A stretch of 63,759 bases of DNA, the filler included, from Octopus bimaculoides (taxonomy: Eukaryota): assembly GCF_001194135.2 (NCBI RefSeq). It is 6 parts of 5 records of this genome, joined end to end, with 100 filler letters (N's around TTAATTAATTAA, not from the genome) between each part and the next. Parts side by side here need not be neighbours in the genome. Positions count along the whole stretch, not along the records: positions 36,381 to 62,454 come from NC_069006.1; positions 62,555 to 63,759 come from NW_026383935.1; 4 more parts are not named here. The stretch is one strand, 5' to 3'. Positions 56,572-63,759 of the stretch are shown here, piece by piece. A model generated the notes under the pieces. That model had not been told where the DNA came from. It did no database searches and saw only the letters and a program-made list of their open reading frames with translations. A program made the translations under genes and the position numbers. Positions within the stretch are counted from its first letter, which is position 1. Each line of letters opens with the position of its first letter.

Positions 56572-57192
56572 CACATACACACATGCGCAAGCATTTGAGT
56601 GTGGTTGTGTGCGAGGGTGTTTCTCTTAAAACTAATGATACAAAATAGAAAATGGGACCTATTTCTCTTGTTCAATAATTTCATTCTGGCAGGGACTTCA
56701 TGAATATTCTAGAACACTTCCAGGTATTTCAAACTTAAGACTTACAGTCTATCTCATACCAGTTGCCACCAGTTACCAAAATGTTGAGAATAGGAGACAC
56801 AAGGAATATAACAACCTCAGAACTAATTCGTATTACTGGCAAATTCTGTAAATCCAAAATGTTGTTGAGAGAAGAAAGGAAACAAAAATATCTTCACAGA
56901 AGAATTCGTCATCATCATCATCGTGATGACATCATTTCTAAGCCAAGAATTCTTCATTTTGCTATTTCGTTTGAGTGTTGTTGTTTTATTTTTGTTCTTC
57001 GTTAAACAACTTTTGGACAAAAGAAGCTTTGTACAATTTCTCGAGTAACATTTACATCATGTGTATGTGTGTGTTGAAAGCTAGATAACTAGTTAGATAG
57101 ATGCAGATATATATATATACACATATACTAATATATATATATACATATACACACAGATATATATATACATATACAGCCATAAATACTTATGC

Positions 57193-57241
<49 letters not shown>

Positions 57242-57281
57242 TTATTTAAAAGCAGCAGAAATATAACAAAAGACTGTTACT

Positions 57282-57350
57282 CTGAGTTTCACATTCCCAT
57301 TCATCGGACAGTTAACAAAACTGTCCGATGAACGGGAACGTGAAACTCAG
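57282..57350. other. 32-bp-arm hairpin (foldback), truncated by a gap
   Basis: ctgagtttcacattcccattcatcggacagtt-aacaa-aactgtccgatgaacgggaacgtgaaactcag, with two mismatches. Confidence 0.9.
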
Positions 57351-57587
57351 NNNNNNNNNNNNNNNNNNNNNNNNNNNNNNNNNNNNNNNNNNNNNNNNNN
57401 NNNNNNNNNNNNNNNNNNNNNNNNNNNNNNNNNNNNNNNNNNNNNNNNNNNNNNNNNNNNNNNNNNNNNNNNNNNNNNNNNNNNNNNNNNNNNNNNNNNN
57501 NNNNNNNNNNNNNNNNNNNNNNNNNNNNNNNNNNNNNNNNNNNNNNNNNNNNNNNNNNNNNNNNNNNNNNNNNNNNNNNNNNNNNNN

Positions 57588-58080
57588 TTGGCAACTAAGT
57601 TCCCGTCGTTTTTTAAAAGGTTTAATAAAAGATAACAACTAATTAATCAATGTATTCACCCTTGTTGTTTACAACTTCTTCCCAACATTCAACAAGTTTT
57701 TCAATATCTCATTGGTAGAAATCACCAGATTTCGACTCGAAAAATTGATCCAACCAAGCTATCAATTCTGCATCAGTATTGAATGAAACTCCGTGCATAA
57801 CATTTGAAATAGATCGAAAGAAGTGGAAATCCGTTGGTGCCAAATCAGGAGAGTACAATGGGTGTGGCAGCATATCCCAGCCATTCCTTCAGTGCTCTGC
57901 TNNNNNNNNNNAGGAGAGTACAATGGGTGTGGCAGCATATCCCAGCCATTCCTTCAGTGCTCTGCTTGTTATAACCAGAAATGGCTCTGATGAAAGTAGC
58001 ATTAATTTTCATGGGTTGTTCAATTTGCCTCAATTGATCAATAGATCAATTGAGTAAACCTATTAGTAATATATCCAAAA
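57588..58080 (-). mobile_element. mariner (DD34D) transposon, 3' remnant
   Basis: NVMHGVSFNTDAELIAWLDQFFESKSGDFY..IEKLVECWEEVVNNKGEYID; TIR-like ttggcaactaagttcccg. Confidence 0.85.
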
Positions 58081-58494
58081 TGGCTACTGAAAACAGCTGT
58101 AAGCCAATTTTGCTCTAGTAAAGAAATAGTATGTAATTCTTTTATTCTTTTACTCGTTTCAGTCATTTGACTGTGGCCATGCTGGGGCACCACCTTTAGT
58201 CGAGCAAATCAGGCGTCTTGGGGAAATGTTTCCTGAAGCTAAAAATCAGTAGCATTCGCCCCAAAATAGGACAGTCATTCCTACCCATTATTTTTAACTT
58301 GTTTCTTATATATAAATATATGTATATATGATTGATGAGCTTCCTTTAGTTTCCATCAACAAAATCCGCACACAAGGCTTTGGTCAGCCTGAGGCGATAG
58401 TAGAAGACACTTGCTCAAGATATTACACAGTGGGACTGAACCTGGAACCATGTGGTTGGGAAGCAAACTTCTCACCATGCAGCCATGCCTATGC

Positions 58495-58526
<32 letters not shown>

Positions 58527-58649
58527 CTCTTTCTTGTTGGTCTTTTTTGTTGACTGATAAGTCATGAGAATGTAAACAAACCAGCATTGGTTGCCAAGTG
58601 GTAGTGTTGGTGGCGGGGGACAAACACAGACACAAAAACACACACACAC

Positions 58650-59010
58650 GTACACAAGGTGGTATCAAAAAATTTCCAAGACTAGTTCTGTAGCATGCCA
58701 ACAGATGGTAGTAGATGTTTGCATGTGTAGTAAGAGCTAGCAGTGACCTTCATGAGGCAATGTGTCAAGTGACTGCAAGTTGTGAAATTTATAATTTTTG
58801 TGATCACATGTATGCTGCAGTCTGTGTGATTTTGTTATGGACAGGTACAAAGAACCAGCGTGAAATTTTGCGTTAAACTTGGGAAGTCTGCTGCAGAGAC
58901 ATTGAGCATGCTTTGGCAAGCTTACAGTCATGAAGCAATGGGTTGTATGCAATGTTTTGAGTGTCACAAATGCTTCAAAAGCAGAACATCCCTGGAAGAC
59001 AATGAGTGAT
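58650..59010 (+). mobile_element. mariner transposon, 5' remnant
   Basis: TIR-like tacacaaggtggtatcaaaaaatttcc; KFCVKLGKSAAETLSMLWQAY..EAMG..QCFECHK.FK HTH region. Confidence 0.8.
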
Positions 59011-60309
59011 CTATTGTTGAATTATATTAATGCAATATTGCATATAATATATGTAATGTTCTGCAATGAAAAACTGATAATGATGCGTTGAAATGATTGT
59101 AGTGATTTTAAATAAAACCCATTCTATCTATCTGATTAAAATTTGTATATTTCTCATATCATACAGACAAGAAAGTAATATTTTGAACACAGTATAGCTG
59201 TGAAAATAGCAGAAAGATTGGGTACTTTTTCCACCATGTAAGGGTATAATAATACGATACACATTTGACCCTTCTAAAAACAAAAAAAGGTTGTTTATCA
59301 AAGAAGTTTGTTGCATTTGTGCATTTCTATAAATGTTTTTGATTTATTTTACAAGCTTAACGGAATCTTAGATAATACTGACACTAAAACATCCAGCATG
59401 CTGCTCCTTGAGATTTTTGTGTGAGATTTGGAACAGCTTATATAAAACAACAACAAAGCAGCAACAGCAACAACTGCTCCAAATTTTGGCACAGCACCAG
59501 CAATTTTCAAAGGGCGTAGGTTAGTTGATTACATCAACTCCAGTATTTGACTGGTATTTTATTTTATGAAAGGCAAAAGTTGGCCTTGGTGGGTAACAAC
59601 AATAATAATAATAACAGACTCCAGCAAATAAGATCTGAAGAAGGAATTCTAATTCTGAAATATCATCGGACTATAGTTTACCAAGTTACAACAGGTATAC
59701 AGTCTATTTTTTGTTCTATAGTGCATTGCTTCAAGCGAACTACAATACTCTTCAATAATAATAATAATAACAAACAAAATAACGGCAACACTGGCTTTTA
59801 TTGTTTAACAAACAAGAAACCTTATGAAACTAAGCTCCAGCAGAAATTCTCTCAGAAAAACAGCGGTAACGTAATTGTTCAATAACAAAGCTGTCCGATT
59901 TCGTGAAAGCATAATCATCATCATCATCATCACCATCATCATCGTTATTATTATTAAATATATTTTTTTTGTTCATTTTTTTTTTGGTTTGTGTTTTCTT
60001 TTTTATAAGTTAAAATTTCAAAACAAATTGACAAAAAAAATTTTTTAATTTTTTTTATTTTTCTTTCTTTTGTTTTTCTCTTGTCCTTGAAAAAACACAA
60101 ATTTTTCTTTTTTCAAGTGATCCTTAAGGCAAGCAGTTCTACAAGCCAACCAACCAACCAACCAACCAACCCTTAATTGCAAGCCCATAAAAAAAAAACC
60201 CCAACCCCAACCCACCCCCTCCGCAGTTTTCATTACTTTTCATTCATCTTCTCTCCACAGCTACAGGGAGGGAGGGGCTAAGCCTGATTAAAATGCTGAT
60301 GGGTTGATC

Positions 60310-60457
60310 TCATGCTTTTGGTATTACTTTGTTCCTCTCATGTTTCTGAAGTTTTCGGTAGAAACTCTGCACATATGTGAACACGCATTTCCAGTCAGGT
60401 TTCTGCATTTTTACCATGTCATCTGTATCCAGCAATGGGGCAATGTCAGCATATTTC
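60310..60457 (-). CDS. SMTN: Smoothelin-like protein, terminal exon
   Basis: tttcccacag acceptor, G completing Glu, then KYADIAPLLDTDDMVKMQKPDWKCVFTYVQSFYRKLQKHERNKVIPKA and TGA at 60310-60312. PDWKCV.TY.Q.FY is smoothelin-typical. An AT-rich putative 3'UTR follows toward lower coordinates. Confidence 0.93.
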
Positions 60458-60729
60458 CTGTGGGAAACACGGAAAGAATAAATAAATAGATAAATAAAGG
60501 CATATATCTATCTGTATCTTTTATCTTTTACTTGTTTCAGTCATTAGATTGCAACCATACTGGGGCACCACCTTAAATTTTTAGTTGAATGAATTGACCC
60601 CAGTACTTATTTTTTTTTGTAAAGCCTGGTACTTATTCTATCAGTTTCTTTTGTCCAACTGCTAAGTTATGGGAGATATAAACACACCAACACTGGCTGT
60701 CAACTGGTTGGTGCAATACAAACACACAC

Positions 60730-60782
<53 letters not shown>

Positions 60783-60846
60783 TGTATATGTTGTAATAAT
60801 GAAGTCAAGCCAGCTAAATTTACTTTGATGGACAAATAATACTCAC

Positions 60847-60998
60847 TCAGCAGTCTGAAATGCCAGGTCAAAATTATATCTCCTCTTTTTAGGGTCCAAG
60901 GCATAGAAGTCGAAAGATTCAGGGTAGAAGTGGTGAATAAGGGCACAGAATGCTAATCCATTGGACCAACTGCTGGAGAAATTTGTGATCACAACTTT
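60847..60998 (-). CDS. SMTN: Smoothelin-like protein, calponin-homology domain exon (penultimate)
   Basis: ctttatag acceptor and GA|gtgagt donor, 152 nt. Reads KVVITNFSSSWSNGLAFCALIHHFYPESFDFYALDPKKRRYNFDLAFQTA(E), matching the smoothelin CH motif NFSSSWSDGMAFCAL. Phase matches the next exon. The symbol denotes the family. Confidence 0.92.
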
Positions 60999-61019
60999 CT
61001 ATAAAGATAACAAAGAATA

Positions 61020-61440
61020 CATTATAGAGAACAGGTTGCATATTCAGAATGTAGGGTAACGTTGTAGTGGGGAAAGCCATGGAGGATTGTAGGGCAACAT
61101 TATAGGGTAACAATATTGGCTAATAGCGTAGGGGTGACAATAGGAAACATTATACAGCAGGCTACACATTTAGGATGTGGGAAAACATTGTAGGGCAGAA
61201 ACAGTGTAGGGTTGTAGAGAAACAGTGAGGGATAGCAATATGAAGTTACAGGGTAGAAGTGACAACAGAACTCATTATTGAACAGGTTACATATTTAGGA
61301 TGTAGGTTAACATTGTAAGGTGAAAGTAGTGCAAGGTAACAATATGGGGTAACAAGACAGCATATATAGAAGGTCACATATTCTGTGTTAAGGTGTTGGG
61401 CAATATTTTAGTGTAGTGGCAACATATGGTAACACAGTGT
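61020..61440. repeat. Degenerate minisatellite (about 125-nt period, TGTAGGGTAACA-like subunits)
   Basis: The block CAGGTTRCATATTYAGRATGTAGG recurs at about 61031, 61157 and 61282. Confidence 0.6.
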
Positions 61441-62556
61441 AGGTAGGAGTAGCAGTAACAACCACCCAGTCTATCTAGCTGTAAAATAAGTATGACCGTG
61501 TTGTATAATTCATTAGACTGTGTCTATGACAAAGACACTTATCACTTTCATTATGATATTTCTGTTGAAACACTACTTTTACTTCAATAAATTTCGGAAA
61601 TAATGTAGAATTTGGTGAAATAATTTTGTCATTACTATGCTAATGTTTGGAACATAAATTAACAAGGAATTTTGAGGGAAAGTTTTAAATCATTTAAATC
61701 AGTAAGATTTGATCCCAGATCCTAGGGTAATCTCAGGCAGATTAGTATCAAAAAAGGTTAACTGCCAACAGTTCAGTCTACATAGCTGTAAGTAGGTACA
61801 ACAGTATGATACCGTTCATTGTAGTGTATCCATGACCATGACACTTAACTGTTAATGGCATTGCCTATCTAGTTATAGTCTGGTACAGTTCACTATACTG
61901 TGTTCATGGACAAAAGACTTAGCTGTGAATAGAATAATCTACATAACTGTAAGTAGGAACCGCAGAGACCACAGCTGTAATTATGACATTGGAAAGTTAG
62001 CTGTAAGGAGCTAGTACCATGTCTGAGATCTTCTCATTCACCTACCATTATTGAGGCAAAGATCAACACCAGCCTGCCAGGCAATGACAATGTAGTCACC
62101 TGAACTATTTAACCTAACAACTAAACATCAACTACTAACTCCCACATAACTTGTAAATGGCTGATCAATAAAATACTTTGGTTCTTTATAATTTATTACT
62201 TCTCAGTAAATCAACAGAAATATATATACATATATATATATATCATCATCATCATCATCGTTTAACGTCCGCTTTCCATGCTAGCATGGGTTGGACGATT
62301 TGACTGAGGACTGGTGAAACCGGATGGCAACACCAGGCTCCAATCTAATTTGGCAGAGTTTCTACAGCTGGATGCCCTTCCTAACGCCAACCACTCAGAG
62401 AGTGTAGTGGGTGCTTTTACGTGTCACCCACACGAAAACGGCCACGCTCGAAATNNNNNNNNNNNNNNNNNNNNNNNNNNNNNNNNNNNNNNNNNNNNTT
62501 AATTAATTAANNNNNNNNNNNNNNNNNNNNNNNNNNNNNNNNNNNNNNNNNNNNGA

Positions 62557-63375
62557 ACTGAATTGGAACGCTATACACACATTCTCTGTTTGAAGGACAT
62601 TGATGACTACTTTTCAAGCGTAGATAAAAAAAAGGATTATGAGGAAAAACTGAAACTATTCAATGAATATGCAACTAAACACTACACTGAGAAGATCACG
62701 GCTGAAAATAAACAGAAGAATAGTGAAGTAGCATCGAACCAACAAGAAACTTCTTCCCCAGATAATGAACAGAGTGCTACTTCTGATAAGAAACAGAGCT
62801 CTACTGAAAAGAAAAGTTTTCCTGAATATCCAACCGAAACACCAACATTCGTCGAATGCCCTTTGTTTAAAGCAATCAAAATATATTCCACCATAAAAGG
62901 CTATCTCATGAATTTTGGAGAGGACAAGGTGATGAAAAACTGGGAGGAAAAGCTGAGAAATGTGTTCTCACACGAACTTATAAATTGCTTTCTACCGGTG
63001 AAACGATATATCACACCAAACACTGAATGTGAAGTTCTACATGATAGTAGACTGTTTACCGACCAACGTTTAATCAATTTGATTCGGGTCATTGATTCAC
63101 ATCGCATGTGGGATGGAGATATCTTACACAGTGTTAGAAATCACAATGTAGAGTTAGAGAAGAAATTTGCCAACTGCCGTTGGCTACGTACTTTCCGGGT
63201 CCTGTGCTTATGGAGAACCAACTGGCCAAAAGAGAAATTTGCTCTTACTCTCGACCGATTTCTGCTCCACAAGGATTATGAATACTTAGCAGTATTCCGC
63301 GATTTACAGAACGATGAACCTGTCCCTAAAAGAGTATATGCTATTAAGGGCCCTAACATCGATAGCATGTTTTAG
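62557..63375 (+). CDS. Uncharacterised intact ORF, 5'-open into the assembly gap (at least 270 aa)
   Basis: Stop-free frame from the gap edge (..TELERYTH..) to TAG at 63373-63375. Non-repetitive sequence with a charged N-terminal part, an S/T/E/Q-rich linker and a globular-looking C-terminus. No family recognised. The ORF-track start is a TTG, not a true start. Confidence 0.6.
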   Translation, partial: TELERYTHILCLKDIDDYFSSVDKKKDYEEKLKLFNEYATKHYTEKITAENKQKNSEVASNQQETSSPDNEQSATSDKKQSSTEKKSFPEYPTETPTFVECPLFKAIKIYSTIKGYLMNFGEDKVMKNWEEKLRNVFSHELINCFLPVKRYITPNTECEVLHDSRLFTDQRLINLIRVIDSHRMWDGDILHSVRNHNVELEKKFANCRWLRTFRVLCLWRTNWPKEKFALTLDRFLLHKDYEYLAVFRDLQNDEPVPKRVYAIKGPNIDSMF

Positions 63376-63759
63376 GGATTTGAATTTTTTATTCCCCCTT
63401 TTGTCTTTTCTGTTATTTTTAATGAATACTAAGCATCGGTTGGTTATTTTTACAAATTTGATTTTGTGAGGAATTGTTCTGGATACATTTATAATTTTTC
63501 ATCCGCTGTATTTACATTCTTGTGCCTTTCACCTCCCTAATATTTCTGTTCCAGTTTATATATTATTTCGGCTATCACATCGATTTGATGTGAAGAAAGA
63601 ACAATACATATGGCGTAAATCTATTAAGGGTTTATAAAAATATAAAGGTAATTCAGTAATGGAGTAGACCTGTGGCGCAGGAATTGTTTCCAGTACCTGG
63701 AAAAGAAAGACATTTGATATTGTCGCCTTATGGTAAGTCAGGAGGAGAAATCTCGCTTC

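Noticed and set aside
43411-57642. Long ORFs of 120-322 aa containing X runs
   Set aside because: They are open only because they cross N gaps.
62930-63110. Faint resemblance of NWEEKL..RLINLIRVIDSH in the orphan ORF to IRE1/RNase L KEN domains
   Set aside because: The catalytic RN..HH pattern is absent and the spacing differs. It cannot be supported without a profile or structure search.

Overview
AT-rich, microsatellite-saturated animal genomic DNA. Repeat families and composition suggest an octopus/coleoid cephalopod (inference, not verified). The window is stitched from several contigs: five 100-nt gaps carry an artificial TTAATTAATTAA linker, plus many sized gaps. Hand-splicing finds exons of three host genes that the ORF track fragments or misses. 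(1) The first two coding exons of an SLC22-family organic cation/anion transporter (+, 9503-9644 and 14206-14402). (2) The last three exons of tryptophan hydroxylase (-, 31429-31524, 30948-31081, 30025-30238). (3) The last two exons of a smoothelin-like calponin-homology protein (-, 60847-60998, 60310-60457). An intact, 5'-open orphan ORF of at least 270 codons lies at 62557-63375 (+). The rest is decayed mobile DNA: R4/Dong-type and related RLE LINEs, Tx1-like and RTE LINEs, Penelope-like elements, Tc1/mariner/maT and Merlin transposons, and tRNA-derived SINEs. The most interesting signals are: a minimal hammerhead ribozyme with a compensatory A3-U8 core variant in an inverted Penelope pseudo-LTR; an RLE LINE family whose junctions sit in (CATA)n microsatellites; a Merlin transposase remnant inside >1-kb inverted arms; and the orphan ORF. 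All coordinates were read by eye and TE boundaries are approximate.
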